Of a stretch of DNA of 32,000 nt, positions 20,802 to 31,009 are shown piece by piece (positions within the stretch are counted from its first letter, which is position 1; the number at the start of each line of letters is the position of its first letter). The notes under the pieces were generated by a model. The model made no database searches and was not told the origin of the DNA. It saw nothing but the letters and a program-made list of their open reading frames with translations. The position numbers and the translations under genes are program-made. Source of the DNA: Candidatus Saccharimonadota bacterium (GTDB lineage: Bacteria > Patescibacteriota > Gracilibacteria > BD1-5 > UBA2023); NCBI GenBank assembly GCA_963706795.1, contig OY970170.1:210001-242000 (forward strand), given 5' to 3'.

Positions 20802-21515
20802 CTATGAAGATCAACCGGAATCCTGAGATCGTAAATCAATTGTGCTCGTATGCCTGAGGACACGTTCAAGATCAGCTTTGTGGACTTCGATGTCTTCTGC
20901 ATTCCCCTCTCAACGCTTCTCTAAATGTTCGCGAACCATGTCAGTCAGTGTGTCGAGCAAAAGTTCAAAAGGCTTACGATCATCGATCTCATGATGATCA
21001 CCATGATCACGCAGTTCGTCGATCACTGCTTGGATGTATTCAACGATTCCCTGTGGATTTACAGCGTCTGTGAGCCCAAATTCTTCTTGTTCGGCTTCAA
21101 GATGGACATGGATATCGCCCTTCCCAAGTATTGCATCAAAGAGAGAGTCAGACTTGATCTCTATTCCATGGATTGAATGATAGTCGATGTACTGGATATC
21201 GCCTGTAAAATATTTCCAATCGACATCGATCACTCCACGGTTCGTAATCAGCCAGACGTCATTATACCAGTCAAATACTACGTAGATGAGACAGAGATAA
21301 ATCGATGCAAGATAGAGCTCAAAATACGCAATCGGGAGAATTTCAGCGATCGAAAAAGTATTCTGCAGATAAAAGAAGAGTGGCAAAATTACTCCAAAAA
21401 AACACCACAGTAAAATACTATCGATCACCAAAATCGGGTGTCGGTGGCACACAAAGAGAAGCTCATCGCCTTCTTTGACGTATTTTGCAAAATAGAGGTC
21501 GTCGAACTGATTCAT
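20802..21515 (-). CDS. membrane protein with bacterial PH-like (YdbT/DUF304-like) domain (237 aa)
   Basis: The tracked ORF 20910-21515 ends at a TGA. Read as Gly, the frame continues for 35 more codons to TAG 20802-20804. Two TM helices are followed by DWYNDVWLITNRGVIDVDWKYFTGDIQYIDYHSIHGIEIKSDSLFDAILGKGDIHVHLE. Confidence 0.7.
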
Positions 21516-21560
21516 ACAAGGTCAGTATAGGACCAACGGTATGAAGTCAATCCCGTCTAT

Positions 21561-21588
21561 TTGACGAAGGGCTCCGTGATTGTATACT
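21561..21588 (+). promoter_or_regulatory. sigma70-like promoter candidate
   Basis: TTGACG (21561-21566), a 16-nt spacer, then TATACT (21583-21588), 19 nt upstream of ATG 21608. Confidence 0.35.
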
Positions 21589-21607
21589 CAACCCAACCTT
21601 TTTTCTC

Positions 21608-22642
21608 ATGATCAATTTCAAAGCCGTTTTCGAGTATTTCTTCAAATCCTTCGTGGTAGCACGAGATATTGAAATGGTAGACCGTCTCACTGCCGAAGGC
21701 TATGATTCATTTTTGCTCATCAAGCGATCATGGTTGTTTGGGGTTCTCTCAAGTTTTTGGCTTGTGCCCATCATCGGAATTGCCGTTGCAAATGTCTATC
21801 TGATCTTGAAGCATTTCGAATACAGCAATTTTGGTATCGCACTCTCAACCGCGCTCGGTTTTACGATTATTGCAACGATGTATTCGAGCTTTCGATATCT
21901 CTATGATTATCACAACTCCTACAGTAAACAAAATCGCATCCTTCGTGGCGTAAAGCTGAGAGAAAATCTCACGATTGGTGACGCATCGTTTATTCGCTGC
22001 TTCAATCAATTACAGTTCAATTTTTTCTTTTTTATTGTCATCATCGCAATTTATATTGGGCACATCTTTGTGGTGTCACAGTTTGTAACAGGGATTTGGG
22101 CATTTTTGGATATTATTTGCAGTATCGTACAGATGGTACTGATCCGACATTTCATACGACTGCTCATCGATCTTGAGATGGACTTTAATCTCGTGGCGGG
22201 CGGAAAGATATTTTTTGTAAATCAGACCGGTATCTACGCAGATATCAACACGCTCGATGCCGAAAAGATCAAAACGATTCGATCGAGCATTCCGCATATT
22301 ATCGCTTCCTTGTTCCATTATGGAACGATTGATATTCTGACAGAAGGTGACGAAATTATGGGACACATGCAGATCGACTATATCGATGATCCAGAAGAAA
22401 CTGTCGAAAATATCAACTCCATCCTGACCGGCAAACACGAAGTTTTTGAACGAGTACACAACTACTACCTTGAAAAAATCCTCGGTCCTATGAATAATCT
22501 TGATCCCGAGACGCGCAAGGCTGCCATTCGTACCTATCTTAAAAATTACGAATCTCAGATCAAAGCCGATTACGTTAATACGCAAGATCCCGAGACACGT
22601 GCAGAAATCGAAGAAATCTACAAAGAATACTACGGTAAGTAA
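21608..22642 (+). CDS. membrane protein with bacterial PH-like domain (344 aa), same architecture as the divergent neighbour
   Basis: An intact ORF with a TAA stop. It has four or more TM helices, then FFVNQTGIYADINTLDAEKIKTIRSSIPHIIASLFHYGTIDILTEGDE. Confidence 0.75.
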   Translation: MINFKAVFEYFFKSFVVARDIEMVDRLTAEGYDSFLLIKRSWLFGVLSSFWLVPIIGIAVANVYLILKHFEYSNFGIALSTALGFTIIATMYSSFRYLYDYHNSYSKQNRILRGVKLRENLTIGDASFIRCFNQLQFNFFFFIVIIAIYIGHIFVVSQFVTGIWAFLDIICSIVQMVLIRHFIRLLIDLEMDFNLVAGGKIFFVNQTGIYADINTLDAEKIKTIRSSIPHIIASLFHYGTIDILTEGDEIMGHMQIDYIDDPEETVENINSILTGKHEVFERVHNYYLEKILGPMNNLDPETRKAAIRTYLKNYESQIKADYVNTQDPETRAEIEEIYKEYYGK

Positions 22643-22655
22643 TCTCTCGGGCATT

Positions 22656-22700
22656 AAAAATCCCCCACCGAAGCTCGTAAGAGCGAAGGCGAGGGATTTT
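22656..22700. terminator. long imperfect hairpin terminator between convergent genes
   Basis: AAAATCCC (22657-22664) pairs with GGGATTTT (22693-22700). The inner stem is GCTC-GTAA-GAGC (22673-22684). Confidence 0.55.
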
Positions 22701-22713
22701 GTTTGAGATCGAA

Positions 22714-22983
22714 TTATTTTCGGAGTTCGAGCTTTGCGATGAGTGTCTCGTAACGAGCGTTGTCTTTCTTCTTAAGGTAATTAAGAAGCTTTCGACGCTT
22801 TGCTACCATAAGCATGATACCACGGCGAGAATGATTATCCTTTTTGTGAGTATCGAGGTGGAGCTTGAGGTTTTCGATGCTGTCTGTAAGGATAGCAACC
22901 TGAACTTCTGGAGAACCAGTATCACCCTTGTGCTGAGCGAATTCACTCATGAGAGCCTTCTTGTCTTTTCTTTGCATATGCAA
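22714..22983 (-). CDS. rpsO: 30S ribosomal protein S15
   Basis: 89 aa, collinear with E. coli S15. Motifs: [23 protein letters not shown] and [16 protein letters not shown]. The stop is TAA. Confidence 0.95.
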   Translation of the reverse strand: MHMQRKDKKALMSEFAQHKGDTGSPEVQVAILTDSIENLKLHLDTHKKDNHSRRGIMLMVAKRRKLLNYLKKKDNARYETLIAKLELRK

Positions 22984-23030
22984 GTATTTTCAAAATAAAG
23001 CGAACCGGAAAATACACCAGTACGGGAGGT

Positions 23031-23057
23031 AGTATATTGAGAAGGCCTTATTTGCAA
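23031..23057 (-). promoter_or_regulatory. candidate rpsO promoter
   Basis: On the minus strand: TTGCAA (23057-23052), a 15-nt spacer, then TATACT (23036-23031). The ~40-nt leader has no SD. Confidence 0.3.
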
Positions 23058-23064
23058 GTCGATT

Positions 23065-23469
23065 CTACTGCTGTGCTCTGGCAAAGTTGGATTGAATGCG
23101 GCGGAAGATTTCCTTTTGAATAACTTCGAAGTTACCTGAAGCCTTGGCGAGCATCAAAAACTCATCACGCTGGAGTGCGAGTACACGGACTTTTCATGCT
23201 GCAGTAACCGTTGCAGTACGGACATCATTGGTAATAAGCGCAATCTCACCGAAGAGGCTTCACTCAGGAAGACGACAGATTTCTGCGTCATTTTGAGAAA
23301 CAATGACTTCACCGACTTCAAGAAAATAGGCTCGATTGTCGGATTCGTCACCCTCAGAGATAATCACATCACCCGCATCGAACTCCATTGGCTCGCTCAT
23401 CAACAGGAAGTAATTGACTTCTTCTTTTGAAAGTCCTTCAAATATGTAAAGGTCTGGAACTTGTATCAT
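23065..23469 (-). CDS. stand-alone cyclic-nucleotide-binding domain protein (134 aa)
   Basis: The frame has TGA=Gly at 23262-23260 and ~23199. It reads FEGLSKEEVNYFL...GDVIISEGDESD.AYFLEVGEV...LPE[G]SLFGEIALITNDVRTATVTAA[G]KVRVLALQRDEF. This is a classic cNMP-binding beta-roll with the FGE.AL....R.ATV phosphate-binding cassette. No DNA-binding or other effector domain is present. The stop is TAG. Confidence 0.75.
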
Positions 23470-23525
23470 ATATGGGGTTTATTGGCAGATTTCATACTAT
23501 CACAGTTTATGAGCCGTGGCAAAAG

Positions 23526-23553
23526 TTGAAGTCTGAGGCTTTGTAGATAGAAT
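23526..23553 (+). promoter_or_regulatory. sigma70-like promoter candidate for ftsE
   Basis: TTGAAG (23526-23531), a 16-nt spacer, then TAGAAT (23548-23553). ATG 23565 is 11 nt downstream of the -10 box. Confidence 0.35.
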
Positions 23554-23564
23554 CCCGTACAAAA

Positions 23565-24257
23565 ATGCAATTTCAAGATATCGAAATCCGTTACGGGAAT
23601 CGTAAGATTCTCTCCGACATTGACCTGTCCATCGAGCCAGGAGATTTTGTGTTCGTCATCGGACCATCCGGAAGCGGCAAAACCAGCTTTATCCGCACGC
23701 TCGTTTGAGAGCTTCCTCCAAAAAAATGAAGGGTTATCACGGACGACAAGAAAGATCTCTATAGTCTCGGACAAAAAGATCTCGCGCTTTTTAGACGTAA
23801 AATTGGTGTGGTATTCCAGGATTTTAAACTCCTTGAGAGCAGAACCGTTGCCGAAAACGTAGCATTTGCCATGGAAGTTTCTGGCTATCCAGACAAACTC
23901 ATCCAAAGACGTATCCCAGAAGTGCTCACCGAAGTGGGCATGCTCTCAAAAAAGGATGCATTTATCCCCAATCTTTCTGGATGAGAAGCTCAGCGCATCG
24001 GTATCGCTCGCGCCCTCATCCATAATCCAGATATCATTATTGGTGACGAACCAACGGGTAATCTTGATCCGGACAATGCCAAAGAAATTATGCATATCTT
24101 TGATCGACTCAATCGCGAAGGCAAAACGATCATCATCTCGACCCATGACAGTACGATCGTAGATCACATGCAAAAACGAGTCATCGCATTTGAAGATGGC
24201 AAATGTGTGCGTGATCAAAAAATAGGGAATTATTCTACAAAAAATGGACATTCATAA
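23565..24257 (+). CDS. ftsE: FtsE-like ABC transporter ATP-binding protein
   Basis: 230 aa in a frame broken only by TGA. Motifs: GPSGSGKTSFIRTL, FRRKIGVVFQDFKLLESRTVAENVAFAMEV, LSG[TGA=G]EAQRIGIARAL (TGA 23982-23984), IIGDEPTGNLDP and STHD. The stop is TAA 24255-24257. Confidence 0.8.
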
Positions 24258-25758
24258 CGAAAGCCTGGTCGAAAAATTTGTTAAAAGAGGAGCCTGGCTC
24301 TACTTTTTTTCGTTCTTGATTGGACCAATTGGGTATGCGATTAAGATTACGCTTTCACAGGATTTGAGTGTATCTGAGATCGGGGCGCTCTATGGAATTT
24401 TGAGTTTTATTGGATTAGTTGCGAGTTTCAATGATTTTGGAATGATTGAAAGTCTTAACTATTTCATCCCAAAATTCATTGCCAAGAACGAGCTAGAAAA
24501 GGCAAAATCATTCGTTATATATGCGGCATTTGTCATGCTTGCAACGAGCCTAGTGGTTGGATGACTACTCTATATAAGCTCAACATGGCTTGCAGTACAC
24601 TATTTTAATTTTCCTGAATCAGGGTCGATTATCCGTGTATTTGTGGGCTTTTTGATTTTTTCGAACATTCTTCACTTTAATGTGACCATCTTTTCGATTT
24701 ACCAAAATACCAAACAGCAGAAACTAGCCGAATTTATTCGACTCGCTGCAACACTTGCTTTCTCAATTACCCTGACCCTCAAAGGTATGGGTACGATGGA
24801 ATCGTATGCATGGACTTGGAACTACGGAGCAGTAATTGCGGCATTCTTCTCATTTTTTGTGGTCTGGCGACACCATCTTGGACCGCTTATAAAGAATCCC
24901 GATCATTTCAGTATTAATACACACTATCTCAAAGAGCTTTTTACGTATGGAATGTGGTCGCTCTTGACTCTCAATATAGGTATAATTCTGTCGCAGATCG
25001 ATATGCAGCTGCTTATTCTCTTACGAGGAACGGAAGATGCAGGATATTACTCCAACTATCTAAGTCTTATAGGGATTCCATTCGTATTTACGAGCCCTAT
25101 CATCGGTTTTATTTTTCCGGTAGTTTCTTCATATGCCGGAAGCAATAACACTGATAAACTTTTGAGTATTCGAACGACTTTTACGCGACTCTTTAGTATT
25201 ATCGGCTTTGTCACAACTGTAGTGTTTTTCTTGTATGGGAAGGATCTAGGAGTGTTTTTCTTTTGAGAAAAATTTAGAATGTCGGGAGAGATTTTGCTCT
25301 ATTCTGCGCCATTTTTGGTTTTTAATCTTTTGCTCCAGATAAATTTTCAAATGCTTGGAGGAACAGGGCGTGTTCAAAAACGTCTAAAAATTATGCTCGT
25401 TGGTCTCGCGGTAAATCTTGCGCTTAATCTTGCACTCATTCCTCATTTTGGACCACAGGGATCGGCGCTTGCGGTGGGATTGTCATGGATTCCGATTTGG
25501 TTCCTCAGTGCTCGTGCAACGCATATACACGCAAGTGCGTTTGACTGGATGTATTTTTTAAAGAATATCCTAGCACTCAGTATAGTCGGACTCATAGTAT
25601 ATTTTGTATTCCCGCGCGATCTATCGGTTGGGGCGTGGAGATTTGTAGCAAGTCTTGGGCTTGCTTGCGCCTGCTTCGTAGGAACATTTTTTGTAATGAA
25701 CAAAGACGAAATTCTCGCTATACTCGCATCCAGAAAACCAAAAATAACCAACTCATAA
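24244..25758 (+). CDS. MOP-superfamily oligosaccharide/polysaccharide flippase (Wzx-like), 504 aa
   Basis: Three tracked ORFs lie in one frame, joined by TGA=Gly at 24562 and 25264. It has ~12-14 TM helices and an N-terminal region of the Polysacc_synt type. Its ATG overlaps ftsE by 14 nt. The stop is TAA. Confidence 0.75.
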
Positions 25759-25767
25759 TCTTCTCTT

Positions 25768-28700
25768 ATGAAACAAATCATTAAGCAGGTGTGCATTCTT
25801 GGACTCTTCCTCACACTTGGCGTGCTTGCTATTATGGGCTACTACACGGGCGGACTCCATCTCGAGAACGCAACGGGTTCATTTGCGTATTTTTTGGTAC
25901 TTCTCTTGGCATTTGGCTCATACGAATGAGTTATGATCGCACTTGGTAAAAAAGAGCGTTCTATCGGAGTCATAGGGATTATCAGTGGGCTACTTGGTGC
26001 TATACTCCTCACGGCAATCGCAACATATTCAAAAGCTGGCACTGCTCTCGGATGAGGATTTATTTTGTTTTTTCAGATCCTCAAATACGCGTTTTTTCCA
26101 CTAGTGATCGCGCTTATTTCGGCAGGATTTGGACGCTTCTTGGTTAAGAAAATTGGAATCGACGAAAAAATCTCAAGCGATATGAATATTATTCTTTCGC
26201 TCGGACTCGGTTTTAGTGCGTTTATTACGATAAATGCGACACTTGGATTTTTTGGAATATTCCAGGCATGGAGTGCACTTGGGATTTTGGGTCTCATGGC
26301 GATCGCAAGCTACAAAGATATATGGGAAGTCCTGACAAACATGATGAAGTACCGATTTAAGGTACTTGGAGAATGACACGTTGGATTGTCTATGCCAGCA
26401 ATTATTTCGGCAGTTTTGCTCCTGATACTTTTCGTACTGATTTCGGTGAATCTCACCAATGTAGTGCGACCCTATCCAATCGGCTGGGATGATCTTGGTG
26501 TCTATATGAACTACCCTCGCATTATGGCCCAGGTCGGCAATACGGGAGGCATGGGAATGGTCCTGTGGCAGACATTTACAGCGATCGGACAGATGTTTAA
26601 TTCAGCGCCGCAGGCCTTCTTCCTCAATCAAATGGGAAGCCTACTCACAATTCTCGCACTCTTTTTTGGTATCCGAACACTCATCCCCGAAAAACCACGT
26701 TATCTCTCGCTTCCGCTCCTCGCAAGTACCATTTTTATGGCTATGCCGATGGTAATTTTCCAACAGGCAAAGGACATGAAGCTCGACCCAGGACTCTTTG
26801 GAATCTCAGTTATCGCGCTCATTACATTTTTGGTAGCTTGCAAAGAAAATAATGACAGATCACTTCGAAATCGCCTGATGTTCATTGCGGGAATCCTGAT
26901 AGGAGTTGCCTTTGCGATCAAATTTACATCCCTCATGCTCATCATCGGAGCGATCGCTGCACTCTTTTATGTACGAATGGGCTTTGCTGGATTCGTGGGA
27001 TTTACGAGTATTTTTATATCGCTCTTTACGGCACTGAGACTCTGGGATTTCCTCAATGTCAATTACCCAAAAGATCGCCCTCAGGAACTCCTCATATTTT
27101 CGGTCGCACTTGGTGCATTCGGACTCATTATGCTCGCATGGGGGATCTATAAAAATCGAGGAAGTGAGCTTATTAAAAATCTCCTACTACCTCTTGGACT
27201 CTTGGTGGTTGGTATCGCTATTCCGCTCATGCCATGGCTCATTAAGAACATGGTAGAAGTCGGGAGTATATCAAAGCTTACGATCAGCGGATTACTGAGC
27301 GGAAAGAGTGATCGCATCGTTTATGACTATCATACAATCTACTCGGACGCCGATCTTAAAAAAATCCAAGAAACCATTGCCAAAAGCGCCATTTCCGCAG
27401 ATGGAAAGAGTCAAAACGAAGACCTTGGGCGATACTTTGGATATGAAAACGGAATCAATAATTATCTCAAACTTCCGCTCAATCTCACAAATCAGAGCAA
27501 TCAAGGGGGAGAGTTTACAGATATTACTTATCTCTATCTCGCGCTCGTTCCTGGCGCACTTCTGCTGTTTGGATTTGGGAGCATCGCGTGGTTAGGACTC
27601 TATACACTCTTTGTGCTCGGACTTTTTGGATACTATTTTTTACCTGGGATTAGCACTCTCCTCACGGCATTTTTTTGAGCGCAGAATTTGCCGATTGGAT
27701 ATATTACGATCGCACTGATCAGTCTCACGCCTTTTGCAATCATCCACTTTAGTAGTCGCAAGAAGGTTGATACGCTGATCTTTCGAACGCTTTTTGCATT
27801 TACAACACTCTACACACTCCTTTTTATAGTCGCAGCCTTTGGGATCGTATGGTACGGAATACTGATGTATTTTTGCTTCCTTGCGATTGTCGTGATGTGC
27901 TTCGAATCAAAAATTGCTATCACATCAGACAGCGAAGAACGTCGACTCGCTATCAGTACAACCACTGCTCTTGTCATTATCATACTTCCATTTTTTATAC
28001 TCTCAGGACTACCACACGCATGGAATAATATTCCGAGTGATTCTCTACAATTTAAGTCTGGGACGGTCACTCAGGATGAGGCGATATTTTTGGGACATCC
28101 AGAATACCTTCCCGTCATCGCAAAACTCAATCTCCAAGACGAATCCAAGCTCATCAAAGAAGTGCTCGCCACTAACGCAAATGAACAGCTTAAAAAATAT
28201 TTTGAAGGCTATGAACGCACAAGCGTAAATGAAGTTGTAAACGAACTCATAACGATCGAACGAAGTGCGACAGCTGCTACGAACTCGTCTGATCTACGAG
28301 ATGTAATAATCGAAGCAAAACGACTTCGTCATGCCCTCTATGATGGAGTACTCGTGCCAGCAAAGGATAATCGTAACCAAGCTTCGATCTATCGAATCGG
28401 AACCTTCCTCACTTACTACATCAGTCAAAATGGGAAGCGATTCTTTGATGACAGTCTCATCTTTGAATTTGATCGCTACATGGCTGATGCTGACCGCGAA
28501 GTCACCATCGATCGAATGAAGAAGCTCGGCATGAAATATCTCCTCGTAGACCTCAATGCCGCAACGATCGATCGCGATCCACGACATGATCTCACTCGCA
28601 GATATGAACGCGTTCTCGATCTGCTTAAATCCAAAAATCTCTCACTTATTTCCACGGACTCAGCCTGTCTCCAAGTTGCACTCGAAAATACTGACAAACC

Positions 28701-28980
28701 AGATGCGTACATGAATCTCGCAGGTGTGAATTACAGAACATACGCAAAAACTGCAACTGGAGAAGACGGGGTCATCATCGCAGAAAAAAAGCTCGCTCTC
28801 TGTACTTCGGTCATCTCACATCTTATCTACACAAAGCAGGTTTCGGACAAGCAATATCCATTCCTCAAAAATCTCTCGGATCAGGTACTTGCTCGCAGCC
28901 CAAAAAGTGAAGCAGATATCCAAGCGCTCATCTCACCCGTTATCGGACGCGGATGGATGGCAGCATTTGAGATTAAGTAG
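25768..28980 (+). CDS. very large polytopic membrane protein (1070 aa), possibly a GT-C-type glycosyltransferase with a C-terminal soluble domain
   Basis: It is one frame from ATG 25768 to TAG 28978-28980, with TGA=Gly at 25927, 26053, 26374 and 27676. It has more than 20 hydrophobic segments. The loop after the early helices reads RPYPIGWDDLGVYMNYPR, an acidic DD motif as seen in GT-C enzymes. The last ~300 aa are hydrophilic. Confidence 0.65.
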
Positions 28981-28984
28981 ACAT

Positions 28985-29014
28985 AAAAAAAATACCCTCG
29001 AAAGGGTATTTTTT
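28985..29014. terminator. bidirectional rho-independent terminator
   Basis: AAAAAAA, stem ATACCCT (28992-28998), loop CGAA, stem AGGGTAT (29003-29009), then TTTTT. Confidence 0.8.
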
Positions 29015-29786
29015 ATTTAAAGAGTTCTACGAAGAACAAAAGACTCGTTGCGACTTTTTTGGCATTTTTCCGAGGATTGGTGATGAGTCTCCAAAGCCAT
29101 TCGAGTGAGAAGCTTCTCACGATTTCTGGTGCTCGCTTCTCTCTTCATCCCCAAAAATCGATGAGTCCCCCGACACCAAATACAATGACTTTTCAGGTAT
29201 CTGCGAGTTTGGCTTTGTGTTCTTCAATCCAGATTTCTTGTTTGGGAACTCAGAGACCTGCCAGGAGCATATTCGTGCGATCTTTTGAGAGAAGATCAAA
29301 ATTAAAGGCTGAATATCCATCCTGATAGACTACCTCAATCCCAAAAGTTTTCTCCGCGTGCTTCGCTGCCTGGGCAACGATGTCAGGATAGGTACCATAG
29401 AGGACGATTCGGTAATTTTCAGGGTCCTTGATCCCAGAAAGAAAGCTCGGTAAAAAATCCGTTCCATTGAGATTTTTTACTGACTTTTGCGCATAAAACC
29501 GATACCTGAGCAAGAGGAGAATCGGATGAATCTCAGGGTGTCGAGATCGGTAATGGAGTAGTCTGAGCGCAATCCCATCCGGCAGAAGAAAATCAGAATT
29601 CAAAAGCGCATATTCATATTTTTCGGTCTGATGTCCTTCGTACCAGCCATTCATTTTAAGAGCGGCGAAATACGCAAATTGGATCGTGACACATGACCGT
29701 GTCGTAAGTCACTTCATAATTGCAGCATGCGCATCAGATGCACTTCCAGCAAAGATATGGCTATAGAGAGATTTTAACGAGTTCAT
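29013..29786 (-). CDS. WecG/TagA/CpsF-family glycosyltransferase (257 aa)
   Basis: The minus frame runs from ATG 29786 with 4 TGA=Gly. Motifs: LLPDGIALRLL, RIVLYGTYPDIVAQAA, LLAGL[G]VPKQEIWIEE, VFGVGGLIDFWG[G]REKRAP and EWLWRLITNPR. The stop is TAA 29013-29015. Confidence 0.85.
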
Positions 29787-31009
29787 AATGCGATAGCATG
29801 TGGGATAGTTTGTATATTCGCATCAGATTTTTGCAGGAAAACGCGGACAGCCTGTTCCATAAAATCGGATGGTACAATATGGAGATCAAATGCTCGGAGC
29901 TGTGCAGAGATTTTTTGAAGTTTGAGATATTTAAACCACAAATAGAGAGGAAAGATCTTATCAAGAAATGGCGCACTTTTATAAAAGACACTAAATGTCT
30001 GTGGAAGTGCGAGCTCAGATTCGTGCTCAAATCTTGTTGCGTAACCACCAAAATATCCAAGATCATGGTAGGTCATAACTTTATATGCATCAGACGCGAC
30101 AACCGACTCAAGTGCGAGTGGACCAAGAGCACGAACAACCGAATGACACCAAATAACTTCGGGCTTAAAATCACGAATAACATGTGTGAGTCTCGATCGT
30201 ACCAGTGGATTCCAGTATGAAGTAAGCAGCCCAAGTATTCGCCCAAATCTTGAAGGCATATGTTCAACGGCGCCAAAAACATATACTTCATATCCTCTCT
30301 TCTCGAGGAGTGAAGTGATGGTTACAAGATGGGTCTCAATACCGCCAATAGGAGCAAGATAATCACTTACGAGCAAAATACGCTTCCCTGCTCAAATCTG
30401 GTGAGCAATATGATCTGACCAGTGATCTGGCGAATACTTTGCGGCGATATCACGGGCCGTGTGAGACTGACGACGCCAGTCATTTCCCGAAAATCGACCG
30501 ATCATTGCAGAAACGCATTCCAAAAATAATGCCGTATCCCTACCATCATCACCCGAATCCGCAAGCGCATGTTCTGAGAGTAAAAACTGTGTAAGTCCTC
30601 CCTTTTTGTACCCAACTACCGGCACACCATACGAAATTGCTTCGAGTGCAGAGAGCCCAAAAGATTCGAGAAATCTCGATGGCATGAGCATATAGTGCGA
30701 GCTCATAAGTGCTTGCCCAATAATACGAGATGGACGATGTCCAAAATATACAACCTTCTCCCCTCATTGAGGCAGTGCACCATTTGAAGCATCAAGAAAT
30801 CATGGAAATTTCGAGAGTTCCAAAATCATTTTTTTACGAAGCGCTCCATCGCCATAGATGCTGAGTGTTGCCCGAGAGGCATCGTGCGCCAAGATATATT
30901 TGGCGACCGTAATAACCCGATCAAATCCCTTTTCAGCTACGAGTCGACCAACAAAGAGGAAACGGACTGAGGTTTGTTTATCGCGGAGATCCGTTTTTTC
31001 TTGTGACAT
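29774..31009 (-). CDS. GT-B (GT4-type) glycosyltransferase with permuted domain order (411 aa)
   Basis: The frame is continuous from ATG 31009 to TAA 29774-29776, with TGA=Gly at 30802-30800, ~30767, 30394-30392 and 29785-29783. The first half is Glycos_transf_1-like: RFLFVGRLVAEKGFD, IYGDGALRKK and MPSRFLESFGLSALEAISYGVPVVGYKKGGL. The second half is Glyco_trans_4-like: KRILLVSDYLAPIGGIETH, IWCHS and HIVPSDFMEQ...IQTIPHAI. Confidence 0.7.

Noticed and set aside
22076-22654. Minus-strand ORF of 192 aa. Similar long antisense ORFs occur at 8551-8955, 11136-11555, 14614-15048, 2688-2984 and 25443-25814.
   Set aside because: Each lies fully inside a stronger opposite-strand or alternative-frame coding region with recognisable motifs or a natural composition. 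Their translations are low-complexity and lack starts in a sensible context.
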